The notes below the pieces were generated by a model. That model saw only the letters and a program-made list of their open reading frames with translations. It did no database searches and was not told the DNA's origin. The translations under genes were made by a program, and so were the position numbers. From Octopus vulgaris (lineage: Eukaryota), in the NCBI GenBank assembly GCA_951406725.2, contig OX597815.1, positions 117,862,001 through 117,926,000 of the forward strand: DNA of 64,000 nt, read 5' to 3'. Numbering within the stretch: the first letter of the stretch is position 1; each line of letters begins with the position of its first letter. Positions 28,129 to 40,572 of this stretch are shown here, piece after piece.

Positions 28129-28393
28129 GTATATAAAAATAGGTTATACGGAATGACACGTGGAAAGTACGCCACTAAAATAAACATACATATTCTGCAT
28201 ATCATTTCCTTGGTCAAGTATCCGTGTTTCAAACCGAAATCGTTATATATACACCTCGCCTTTATCATAAGATAAGAACGATACTGGTTTTCTTTTATGC
28301 ATATTACTTCACACGCGCGCGCGTATGTGTATGTATGGTGTGTGTGCGTGCGGCGGGCCAAGCAAGATGTTTTCTGTTTGTATGTCTTGTGAG

Positions 28394-28465
<72 letters not shown>

Positions 28466-28515
28466 GTGTGTCTATATGTCTATCTATCTATCTGTCTATC
28501 TATCTATCTATCTAA

Positions 28516-28549
<34 letters not shown>

Positions 28550-28558
28550 GTCTATCTG

Positions 28559-28613
<55 letters not shown>

Positions 28614-28638
28614 GTCTATCTGTCTGTCTGTCTGTCTA
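28394..28638. repeat. (TATC)n microsatellite
   Basis: Directly visible. Confidence 0.97.
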
Positions 28639-30739
28639 TAAAAATGCAGTAGTCTCATGGAATGTATCATTATGCAAGGTTTCGAATCCTTGTTTACATA
28701 AAAGTTACCAAAAATAAACAAATCAATCATCTCGTAAAACTTGTAGTGACGCTTAATCGACGATTAAAAGGGTTAAAGCGGATCAACGGAATTAAAACGT
28801 TATGTCTTAAATGCCCCATTAAGTCGTTAATCTTATACAATCAGTAGTATAAGAACATGCACAGATATGTACAGCTAGATCTGGTTATAGACATGGTCAG
28901 GTATTAACTATAGAAAGCTGCACGCATGTTCTCTACGAGATGCGGGGACTAACCAGTGCATTGATTTAGGATACAGAGAGCTAAGGATGATCCCATGATT
29001 ATCTGCTGGGGCAATCCCTAAAAAGTAAAATGAAATAAAACATATTACAGCCCCTTTGGACCTCTTGAGGACTCACACTTAATGTAGCCCAAAAGCAATC
29101 TTATTCCATCCTGATAAATTTTTCTTGAAAGCCCTAGGTGCAGACACCATATTTTGGCAAATGTTAACAGAGAATAAAACCGTATAACAAATGAATGTTG
29201 AACGAATTGATATTTTCTCCTTTTCTCTATCACGTCTTCCAACTGGGGTTTTCTGTAACACTACGGTCCCATGAAATGTTGTAAGGGGTTCTGCCGTGAA
29301 CTACTGATAAATAAGCTGGTTGTATAATACATGAGGAAGATGCAGAATAATGAAAATTCAAACAAAACATATCTCTTCATTCTGAATCTGTTTTGACAGA
29401 TTCAATCGTGAATATCTTGATTGCTGTTGTTTTTCGTACTCTGAGAATATCTGCTCCCTTTAAACGATGTGCATTCATAATATACGCAATTCATCGGTGT
29501 CAGGGGATTTTGAGATACTGCGGTGTTTCGATCTTATTGTGTGTCTCCTCAATCAAGGCTCCACAACTGGAATCTAACAGAAGTACACATTCTTGTTTAT
29601 TGAAATCAGCAAAACAAATTATTTGCTGTTGCATGTAGATGTCTTCCAAACAGATAATTCATGAGGTGCACGCAGAACAATGAGAATTCGAATAATGATT
29701 TATCTGTTGATTCTCGGTATGTTCTGGCAGATTCGAACGTGAATATCTGATTGCTGTTGTTTCTGAAAATTATTGAACGTCATAGATACCCCTCAACATT
29801 TCCAGCGTCCCTTGGAAGTCCATATAATCTCAATTGGTGGACAGTTGAGGGACTAAACTGAGAACTGTATAACATTCAACCGAACGTTAAAGCATGTCTC
29901 TAAACCGCATGTCTCTTTTATTTCAATAAATACTGATTTGTCCGATTGACAAACATGATGCCATATATTAGTAAGAGAAGTGTATAGTCGATTTGTGACA
30001 GACTTATTGCCTCATTCGGTTTAACACCACTCTCTGGTTCCACAATCGGCTTAAAAGTGATTGCAACCCAGGCAGTTGTCAGAGGTGACATGTGAATGAA
30101 GCCACCACCTCATGACTTTGGGATCATCAAAATTAGAGAGAGAAATGAACATAATAAATAATATAATTTATTTTTCGTCCTATATTTAATAAATTGTAAT
30201 AAACACTTTATTTCGACATCTGCAGGTTTTGCTCCTTGTGAAAATTATTTTAAAAATATACTTATAAAGGCGCTGAAGTTTAGCTTGTCCAGGTGCCGGC
30301 AACCTTAGGACCAGTCCTGCTAGATCCTTGGATGCTTTTAGCAGAGTTCGCTCCGTTACAAGTTGGAGGTGCCCTGAAAGAAATGAAAGCCGATGGGCAA
30401 TGCCGCCTGGGGCCAGCCCTTGAGTTCGCTGCCTTCTACAGAACTCTGAAGCGTATACAGGCTTATACAGCAGACTTAAAACTACTGCACCCACAACAGC
30501 GTCCCCTGGCGCAGACCACTCCCTTGTACCCCATTAATTACAAAACTGAGTAGCATTACCGCTCCCTCCTTGATTAAACTTTAACAGAATATCAATTACA
30601 GTCAGTCCGCCTACGGTACGGTACTTCTTTTATTTATCTTGAAAATTATGAAAAGGAAAGTTCAACTCCCCAGAGCAGGCATGGGCAACCTTTTTCGAAA
30701 AGCAGGTCGCATGAGATGTAGATAATCATCGGAAAGCTT

Positions 30740-31140
30740 ATCGGCATTTCGTCCGTTTTTACGTTCTGAGTTCAAATTCAGCTGGGGTTGACGTCTCCTT
30801 TCATCCTCTCAGAGTCGATAACATAAGTTCCGGTTGATCACTGGCGTCGATGTAATTGACTTAACCCCTCCCCCGAAAATTGCTGGCCTTGTGCCAAAAT
30901 TTGAAACCAGTATTGTTGTTACAAAAAGGCAGCGAGCTGGTAGAACCGCTAGCACACCGGACAAAATGCTTTGCGGCATTTAGTCCGTCTTTTACGCTCT
31001 GAGTTCAAGTTCCACCGAAGTCAACTTTGCCTTTCACTCTTTCGGGGTCGATAAAATAGAATCAGTTGAGCACTGGCGTCGGTGTAATCGACTTACCCCT
31101 GTGTTACGAAATTCCTGGCCTTGTGCCAAAATTTGAAATC
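30740..31140 (+). mobile_element. Two tandem SINE family B copies
   Basis: Core and GGCCTTGTGCCAAAATTTGAAA tail occur twice, ending at about 30906 and 31138. Confidence 0.85.
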
Positions 31141-31867
31141 AATGTTGGCTGATTAAAAAGGGTCTCTTGCTAGCAGACCCACTAAGTTTCGGATAAAGAG
31201 CCTCACAATATTTATTTGTATTTCTTTTCACGTTCCGATATTAAATCACTCGAGGTTTGCTTCCTTTTTCATTCTTCTAAAATAAATAAAATAATTTCTC
31301 ATCAAGATCTTGTACCCATTGGGTCGTGTTAGAATCAATATTAAACTCATAACAAAAGATAGATAGGTCAGTACAAAATACGATTAAATCCATTGAAGTC
31401 GGCATGTATTTTAAGCCCATTCACACAGACGAGATCAATATGGTTGATATTCCGCTTAAACTTTCACAGAATAGTGTCTGTAATACCAAAAAAAAAAAAG
31501 GTAAATAGATAAATAAAGAAACGAATCGAAATGGAAATGAATTAATTTAAAAATCGTGGGTACTCTGGGGGATTAGGCAATGTTCAGTGTATGATATCTT
31601 AAGTAACATTCAACATGGCTGCTTTGAGAAATCATTTGAAATATCGAAGCGAGGCGTAGCATTTGTTGCAACTCTGAGTGATTTAATTGCGTGCTTTTGT
31701 TCATCTTCTTGTTTTTGTTTACCACCATGTCGGTCTTTCGCTAAAGCGAATTGACCTCGATTTCAGAACTGTTTCAATCCCATTTGAAACTATTTCACTT
31801 CACTGACATCTTTACCGTCTCTGGGTCGATGATATGTACAAACTACACACACACACACACACACACG

Positions 31868-31912
<45 letters not shown>

Positions 31913-32401
31913 ACGCAAACAATCTGCAATATAAACGGGCGTCATTCATGTGGTATCTCTCCTATTTCTTTTTCTCTTCACTTTATTCCTTTTCCTTCTG
32001 TTTGATGAAAGTTATAACACGGAATGTTAGATTTTTTTTACTTCTTTCACTGGCATATTTAATTTCAATGTACATAATCTTTATTATTGCTTATTTCCAT
32101 TTTTTACTTTACATATGTGTGTGCGTGCGCGCACGAGCGTGTGTGTGTACGCTAGCGGGCCTCCCAGCCTTCGACCCGGACTGATCGGTGTTAAAATGTA
32201 TTCATAAGGCACATATTGGCATCTATCATAATGCCCATTTTCCTTACAATGAAAGTTGTTAAAAGGTATTTAAATACTGCAAAACATAATTTTAAAAATC
32301 TGTTTAGAATATCTAAATACAGAAAGTAAAATAGAAAATAATAGAGAAATGTATTGTATGAAAATTATAAAACATTTACAGAACTTCAGTATATATTAAT
32401 A

Positions 32402-32942
32402 TTGGGATGTCCGGAAAGTTCTTGCCGATTTTTAAAAGAAAGAAGAAGGTCAATAAATACTTGCCATTACATTTTTAATCAACCAAATATGAACCATTTT
32501 GTGGCACAATGCGTCTCTATCTTTCCTTTGACTTGAAAATACTCTCTTCCCAGAATTGAGGTGGTTTCATGGCAAAGAATTCATCAAGGTATCTTTTTTA
32601 CGTCATCCAAGGAACTGAAATTTTTTATCATTAAGACTATTCTGCAGAGACCTGAATAAGTAGAAATCCGAAGGAGCAATATCTGGTGAATATGGAGGGT
32701 GGGGTAACACATCCCAGCCGAGCTGCAGCAATTTTTGTTTGGTTCCCAAAGCATCAAGTGCCGAAAATGAACTTTCTTATCTTCCATTTTAAAGGGTTAC
32801 AGAATTAACACAGGTTATAGGAACATAAACCTTCTTCCACGAGGAGGCGTAGTCAAATCCTATTTTATGGACTCAACCATGTTCTGAAATAAGTCGAAAG
32901 GTAAGCTACAATAAATCGGCACGAACTTTCCGGACAACCCAA
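32402..32942 (-). mobile_element. Internally deleted mariner (Tc1/mariner) transposon
   Basis: 30-bp TIRs TTGGGATGTCCGGAAAGTTCTTGCCGATTT / TTGGGTTGTCCGGAAAGTTCGTGCCGATTT (2 mismatches) with TA on both sides. The minus strand encodes N-terminal MEDKKVHFRHLMLWE from 32787 and, in another frame, HPPYSPDIAPSDFYLFRSLQNSL (mariner YSPDLAP motif). Confidence 0.95.
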
Positions 32943-33469
32943 TACAATGTTTGTAACTTATTTCTTTGGAGCATATATGAAGAGTTTCTGTGGGCTTCCT
33001 ACTCTGGAACAACCTACATACAATTGACCAGTGTTTGACCTTAGGATTTGTTAATGGTCATTGCGTAACTGACTCTCACTGGGAATTGCAATCGTTTGAA
33101 ACGAAAGGGGACATCTGTTGGTAGTAGCGATATTCTAGGTCTCCCTTACGACATCCAGTGAGGAGGTGAACTGAGTGAGAGGTGGAGTATTTTTTCACTC
33201 TATAAAAAGCATTACGGTAAAATAGATAGTACGTGGATTGCTAGAAATAGGAGCCAATACACCAACGATTCACTCCACCCACCTCCACAATACGTTTTTG
33301 GAAAATAAGAGTACAGTTATCTACAGAATGGTCACATTAATTTAAAAGACACGAAAACCTGAAATATCAATTGTATTTAGTATTTCAGCGGTGAACGTGC
33401 AAACAAACAAACAAACTTTGCTTTTTATAAGGATAAAATTAGATATATATATACACATTACAAGCATGC

Positions 33470-33659
33470 ATCGCTAGCCACTACACATTCTTAATATTCT
33501 CTCCCTGTTTCTTTCTGTGTTCCTTTCTTTCTGTGGAAGAACGTAGGCTCGAAACGTTAAAGACTTTTTCACTTCCCAAGCGAGTTAAACTAATACATCT
33601 GTTTGTTGACTACACCACCTGTCTTCGTCTTTTTGGTTTTTTTTTTGTGAATTCTTCCT

Positions 33660-33660
<1 letters not shown>
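33470..33660 (+). mobile_element. Family P repeat
   Basis: GGAAGAACGTAGGCTCGAAACGTT...ACCTGTCTTCGTCTTTT followed by (TA)n. Confidence 0.6.
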
Positions 33661-33744
<84 letters not shown>

Positions 33745-33934
33745 TGTGGCCTGCTCGCTTAGCCAGCGGGGTGGCGTCGTTCGAAGGCTAAAACAATGCG
33801 AACGCATTGTGACCAGCGATGTGTAGCAACATCTGATGGTCTGGTCGGTCAAGTGATCAAGTGATATATATATGTATATATAATTTAAACAATCAGAAAA
33901 TGGAGAAAACTTTTTTGATCAACAAACAACAAAT

Positions 33935-34091
33935 TGACCCCAGGACTTATTCTTTGTACTTAATTTACCAGACTTTGCCGAACTGTTAAGTTATGGGGAC
34001 GTAAACATATTAACATCGATTGTCAAGCGATGGTAGGGCTACAAACACAGACACACAAATATAAACAATCATATATATATATGTGTATGTA

Positions 34092-34180
<89 letters not shown>

Positions 34181-34374
34181 TTATATCTATATATACACAT
34201 ATATATATATATACAGAACAGGCTTCTTTCAGTTTCCATCTACGTAATCAACTCACATGGCTTTTGGTCAGCCCGAGACTATAGTAGATGACACTTATCT
34301 AAGGTGCCACGCAGTGGGACTGAACTCGTAACCATGTGGTTGGGAAGCAAACTTCTTACCACACAGCCTCACCT
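33935..34374 (-). mobile_element. SINE family A with expanded (TA)n linker
   Basis: Colinear with other A copies. Confidence 0.8.
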
Positions 34375-34378
34375 ATGT

Positions 34379-34416
<38 letters not shown>

Positions 34417-35227
34417 ACTTACAACAAGTGAGAGAGGCATGCTCATACACGATAGATAACATATGGCTTTCTTTAGAATACAAACTAACCGAATAACATT
34501 TCATAGATATATCGCCGAAAATGCTTTTAGAAGCATTAATATTGTACTGAACGATCCAGAAATGAAGATTAGTACACTCCTTGAAGGCATATGATATAGT
34601 ACATGATATAACATTATGTAATACAATATATTACAAGATATAATTTAATATATTATATAATATATGATGTTATATACTATCTAGTGCCTGTGGTATTAAT
34701 GAAAATGATTGTCAAATGACTAATTTGCCTGGATAGCCTTTAATAACGTATCTATATTGTCTTTGCTATTGTCAGATGTCATATTAGGAAGACAAACAAC
34801 TGCAACATGTCCATGGCAAATAGGGTACAGCTGTTAGCATATTGTATTGAGTAGCTTTGTTGTCAGGATATTGCTGTTGAGAAGTGGCATTGTAATAACA
34901 ACATATATCACTACCCCTTTGCGCCAGCAATGCTAAGCAGGCATGACACAATTACAGCAGGAAGACACCTTTAGATTAATTGCTTTGGTGACTATTAATC
35001 TTTTACAAGCATCAACAAATTTCTGAGTCATCTTTACAAACAGACAATTACATCGTGAAAGAGTCATTTTAGCCCATTTAAGAACACACAAAAACTATTA
35101 TATTCAATTTTCATTTTATGTTTTGAATAATGTTGTATGTTATGAAATGACTAAATGTTTCGTCGCACATATCCAACGTGGTCAATGACACATTTTAGTC
35201 GCATATGCTGATACCGATTGTGTGGTG

Positions 35228-35387
35228 TAGGCACAAGAGTAGCTGTATGATTAAGAAGCTCACTTTCGAATCACGTGGTTTTGGGCTTTGTCCTGTTGGA
35301 TGGCACCACGAGGAAGTGTCTTTTACTATAGCCTTGGCGGAACCAATGCTTTCTGAGTAAAAACCAAGCATGGAAACTGGAAAACCG

Positions 35388-35466
<79 letters not shown>

Positions 35467-35855
35467 TATAGGTATAGGCGTGGCTCTGTGGTAAGACACT
35501 TGCTTCCGAACCATGTGGTCTTGGTTACAGTCCCACTGTACAACACCTTTAGCAAGTGTCTTCCACTATAGTCCTGGGATGATCAAAGCCTTGTGAGTGG
35601 ATTTGGTGAAGGGAAACTGAAAGAAGCCCGTCCTGTGTATGTATGTGTATACATACATACATATAATGGATATGTAGGTCTGCGTATTTGTGTTTGACTT
35701 CACCACTGCTTGACAACCAGTGTTGGCTTGTTCACGTCCCTGTAACATTGCGGCTCATCAAAAAATAAATACTAGAATCGATTTGTTCAACTAGAGCACC
35801 CTTCAAGGTAGTACCGCAACATGGCCGTAGTCCAATAACTGAAACAAGTAAAAGA
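35228..35855 (+). mobile_element. SINE family A head (35228-35388) followed by a full diverged copy (35476-35855)
   Basis: Family head, core and tail motifs. Confidence 0.8.
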
Positions 35856-35962
35856 TGAAAGAGACCGCGGTGCAAGTGTATTCATTCTTTTCCGTTGTTC
35901 TTCTGCTTCTCTTGTTTTTCTTTCTGGTTGTTTGTTATATTTCTTAAGCTTACCAATATATA

Positions 35963-36481
35963 CTGTAAATGCTCGAGTATAATCCGCACTTTTTTTCCCA
36001 AAATTTAACGGTCAAAATCCCTAGTGCGTACTATATACGAGGTTAAAATTGAAAATTATTTTCTAAGCAATGTCCGAGTCTATTTGCTGTCCGGCAATGT
36101 TTATTCAGACGCATTTTGTGATGTCGGGCGCGAAAATACCTTAAGCTAAGCCTGAAAACAATGAAGTCATAAAAGAATCATCCATAACTTTCAGTAAGCA
36201 ACATTTATTAAACGTTATTACTGTTATTACTGTTATTTCTTTATTTTCTGGAAACAAAATGCACAAAAAGCTATACGTTTGCATTATGTTATATATACAA
36301 TAATAATAAAGGACGTTACCGTATACAGTTTTACAAACCAAGGACGTTATATAGACCTTCTTGACTTAAGTTAGAGAAGGGGTGCGTATTATACACAAGG
36401 TTTAAGTTTTTCAGAGTTACAGCCCCCTAAAAATCCCCTGCATATTATACTCAAGGGCGGACTATACTCGAGGATTTACGG
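35963..36481. mobile_element. Tc1/mariner-superfamily (pogo/Tc2-like) MITE
   Basis: 25-bp TIRs CTGTAAATGCTCGAGTATAATCCGC / CCGTAAATCCTCGAGTATAGTCCGC (3 mismatches), TA on both sides, subterminal TGCGTAYTATAYACRAGG-like repeats. Confidence 0.9.
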
Positions 36482-36499
36482 TATTTTATTTTTTATCTT

Positions 36500-36920
36500 T
36501 TATATTCTACTTGTGTCAGTCTGTAGACTGCGGCCGTGCTGGTGCATTGCCTTGGAGAACTTTAGTTGAGCGAATCGTTCGACCCCCCCCCCCACCAGTA
36601 CTTACCTATTTTTTCTTAAGCCTGATATTTATTCTATCGGTCTCTTTCGTCAAACAACTTGCTTACGGGGACATAAACACACCAACACCAGTTGTCAAGA
36701 GGAGGTGAGAGGCAAGTACAGACACACACAAAGACACACACACGCATACACACACACACAAACTCATATATAAACACACACACATACACGCACGATGGGC
36801 GATGAGCTTCTTTCATTTTCTGTCTATGAAATCTAATCACAAAACTTTGGTCGTCCCGAGAGTACTGTAACGTGTCAAGCAGTGGGACTGAACTCGGAAC
36901 CATGTGGTTTGGAAGCAAAC
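36500..36920 (-). mobile_element. SINE family A, diverged
   Basis: Colinear with other A copies. Confidence 0.75.
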
Positions 36921-37224
36921 AACAATTATTTTATTCGTGAATTACTTTTGTATTGTTTTCATTTAAAAATATGTTATTGAAACTTGGACTTGTTGCTCGA
37001 CGGCATTGTTGCTGTTTGAACTTTAGGCATGCGATCCTCGGTCCATTTTCAGGTCAATTCCTCTGTTTCATTTATCTATCTGTATTGAATAATATATTTA
37101 TTTAATTATCGTTACTACCTTTTTCTTTATACATAGTAGTTATATATTTTATTTTTTTGCTGTAATTGTTTCAGTCTCAACGCACTCTCAAATCTCATAC
37201 GGCTCTGAAATTTTACAAATATAC

Positions 37225-37872
37225 ATACAGTGTCCGAGTATTTCTAAACTATGGGTTTATGTCGAACAGCTACTGTCGCGTATAGGACGGATCCGGCTAT
37301 CAGCTGAATCCAAAGTGAAGATTGCCCCGCCGACCGCCTTTAACCAGGAGGACAAGGCAGTTTTCCTTTGCCTAGTGGCTGTAGCGAAAGAGGTGGTATG
37401 GTGGACCCGTTTGAAAGGGCTAAAGTCAGACCCTTTCCTCTTTGGCCCAGGCCTCATCAACTTTTTCAAATTTCACTTGAAAAGGAAGATGAGAGTAGAG
37501 AGGGAAGTGCTGTCCGATAGCAAGTTTACTGAAAGGTGGATAAATGTCGCAAGAATGTCCAGTATGAAAGGAGCCATTCTGAGGATACACCTGTAAGAAA
37601 AAGGTATTACAAAAGGAGAAAGGGGCTCTCTACCCTCCTTTTTGACCAGGCTCCCGTGGCTTTAATGGGTTTTTCCACCAGGAACCTTTCGAAGCGCCTC
37701 CCCCTATTGGGAGTTTTTCGTTGTTATAATTTTTCGTTGTGTTTTTACACGGATTTTTACAAACGGACAAAACCCTTTGTAACTTTCGGCCTGTGTTTTG
37801 TCCCTTTATGTTATAATTAATTTTTGTCAGCCCTTGTGGCCAATAAAAGAATGAATTATTATTATTATTATT
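37225..37872 (+). mobile_element. 5'-truncated L1/Tx1-like LINE: ORF2 C-terminus plus 3' UTR
   Basis: Open frame 37225-37596 IQCPSISKLWVYVEQLL...LVAVAKEVVWWTR...FTERW resembles the post-zinc-knuckle region of L1/Tx1 ORF2. It is followed by a T-rich UTR, AATAAA at about 37842 and an (ATT)n tail. Confidence 0.75.
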
Positions 37873-38544
37873 GCGTGAGAGAGCAGTGCATGCCATCAAA
37901 GTGACACTGAGGTAAAATATACGAAGCCCAGTATACCCATCATGACTACCCGTCTGATAAGGGTACACTAGGCACATGCATCACACACATATATATATAT
38001 ACATGATGGTCTTCCCTATACTTTCCGTCGGCCAGATTCATTCACAAGACATTGGTCGCCCCGGGCTATACGAGAAGACACAGTGGAACTGAACCCAAAA
38101 CCACGTTGTTGCAAAACGTTCCCCTTAACCACACAGCCATGTCTGCCACAATCGCTGTTATTAACGATGTGTTTTCTTCTTGTTCATATTTTTTAGACTC
38201 AAGCCAACACTGTCGAAAACATTCCAGCTTTAGCCATCCTGCTTTTTTCTCTATTTACCACTAAATTATCCAAGTGTGTCTCTCGTTTCGTGTCATTTTT
38301 GGTGTGGTGATTTCAACAGCAATTATTTTTATACACCTGTATTATGATATTAGTTGCTGATGAATGTAGCGCGTGAATGTGTGTGTGGATGATTGTGATA
38401 GATCAGACTACCTGATGTTGTTCTACATCGCTGGTCACAATGTGCTTTGCATTTGCTCTCGAATGATGCCAGAAGTGGACAGGCCAACATCCCCACTGGT
38501 TGGAAAGATAGTCTTTCGAAGAGATACCCATTTATAATTGTTTG

Positions 38545-38655
38545 ACTCAGGGTAACGTGAAATGAAGTGTTTTGTTTAAGATGACAACACGCCGCTCGAT
38601 CCGGGAATCGAACCCACGATCGCTAGATCGTGAGTGCGACACCCTAACCAATAGG
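38545..38655 (-). mobile_element. SINE family C head fragment
   Basis: Minus strand GGTTAGGGTGTCGCACTCACGATC...GGGTTCGATTCCCGG...AAAACACTTCATTTCACG. Confidence 0.7.
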
Positions 38656-38870
38656 CGACACACACACACACCCACACACACACACACACACGCACACACA
38701 CGTGTTCTTTTTTGTGTCGTAACATTTTGTTGGCTATTATAGTTTTTGTTGATTCTATTGTTCAGTGTTGCTTTTGGCGGTATTTTATGAGCAAAGAGCT
38801 CGCAAATGTTACCGCTGTTATTGCTGTTCTCACGCTTGGTGTTTCCGCAGATGTTACTGATATTACTGCT

Positions 38871-38901
<31 letters not shown>

Positions 38902-39297
38902 TTGCTGTTGTTATTGTTCACACTTCTCATGGTTCGCCATTCGTTTTCGTATGAAAGAATGCGACATCGGCAGCTCTAAACAGTCTGTTAATTTCCAATT
39001 CGTTCAGTGTTCGCACTAATTGCATTTCTTTAGCTGCTCACATAAAAGACAAAACAAAGTAACAGGAGTTACATCACGTTTACGACATCTGCTTACATTG
39101 CAGGCTTTTTAGGAAGGGGTGTATACATACATACATACGCACACAAACATATACATATAGCACTATACATACGTCTATGCGAGATGCTCTCTCAAGACGA
39201 GTACCGCAGTATTGTGGTTTTCTTTTAGTACATCCACGTTAAGATATTCATATTTGCTGTTCGGTACTAATTCTGCTTCCGTTTCTAATGATGGTTT

Positions 39298-39507
39298 CAA
39301 ATTTTGGCACAAGGCCAGTAATTTCGAGGAAGTGGGTAAGTCGATTGCATCAACGCCCAGTGCTCAACTGGTACTTATTTTATCGGCCACGAAAGGGGTG
39401 AAACGCAAAGTCGACCTCAGCGGAATTTGAACTCGGAACATGAAGACGGACGAAATGCCGCTAAGCATTTTTGCTCGGCGTGTTAACGATTCTGGCAGCT
39501 CGCCGCC
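39298..39507 (-). mobile_element. SINE family B
   Basis: Family core and tail. Confidence 0.85.
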
Positions 39508-39549
<42 letters not shown>

Positions 39550-39588
39550 GCGCACACACACATAGGCATTTAGTTAGGCATTTAGTTA

Positions 39589-39627
<39 letters not shown>

Positions 39628-39777
39628 GGTTTAAGTAATTGAGATTCAAGTGAATTCTAATGAATTCACATGAATATGATCCTTAACTAGGATGCACCGG
39701 AAATCTATATGGTGTTAACCATACGACAAGTGGGGTGATTACAAATAGGAAAAAGGCAACAAGAATGGATTAAAATA

Positions 39778-39861
39778 TCGGTACAATTGTTTCGTACGAG
39801 GACATCTTTAATAAGCTACAAAAAATGCAGTAAATATAGATGGCTCGTACTCGTCAGCCGA
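39778..39861 (-). ncRNA. Type I hammerhead ribozyme with canonical core
   Basis: Minus strand TCGG-CTGACGA-GTACGAG...CTCGTAC-GAAAC-AATT-GTA-CCGA: stem I TCGG/CCGA, 7-bp stem II base, short stem III with palindromic loop, GUA cleavage triplet. Confidence 0.8.
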
Positions 39862-40189
39862 AAAAACATCAGAGATTCCCAAACATCAAAAGGGGTAGAT
39901 ACAAATGAGGGTGTGAGTTTAACTGTATTGAAGAAAGTTCGATCCCTGGAGATCCGATGAAAGGTCTTGAACTTACAGAATTTGTACATGTCCATATATA
40001 GCTCATAGTGAATTGTTAATCAAGTTATGTGAAGAAATTTTGGATACAGTCATGCGAAATTTCTGAGAATCCGAGTAAGAAGCAAAGTGACTGTCATATC
40101 GTGTAGAGGAACAGATTGTTATTGAAATTTACAAGAATCACAGATAAGTTCGATTCCTGGAGATCCGATGAATATATATATATTCTTTT

Positions 40190-40572
40190 ATTCTTTTATT
40201 TGTTTCACTCATTTGATTGCGGTCATGCTGGGGCACCACCTTGAAGGGTTTTAGTCGAACAAATCGATCCCGGGACTTATTTCTTAAGCCTGCTACTTAT
40301 TCCATTGGCTCCTCTTTTGCCGAACCGGTAAGTTACGGGGGCGTAAACATCCCAACACCGGTTGTGAAGCGTTGGTGGGGGAGATAAACACATACACACA
40401 TACACGAATACACACACACACACACACATACACAACTTCTTTCAGTTTCCGTCAACCAAATCCACCCACAAGGCTTTGGTTGACTGGAGGCTTTAATAGA
40501 AGGCACTTGCCCAAGGTCCCACACAATGGAATTGAACCTACAACCATGTGGTTGGGAAGTAATCTTCTTAAC
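40190..40572 (-). mobile_element. SINE family A
   Basis: Colinear with other A copies. Confidence 0.85.

Noticed and set aside
35148-35202. Minus-strand GAAAC-ATTTA-GTC with a local inverted repeat
   Set aside because: No CTGAnGA box; too degenerate to call.
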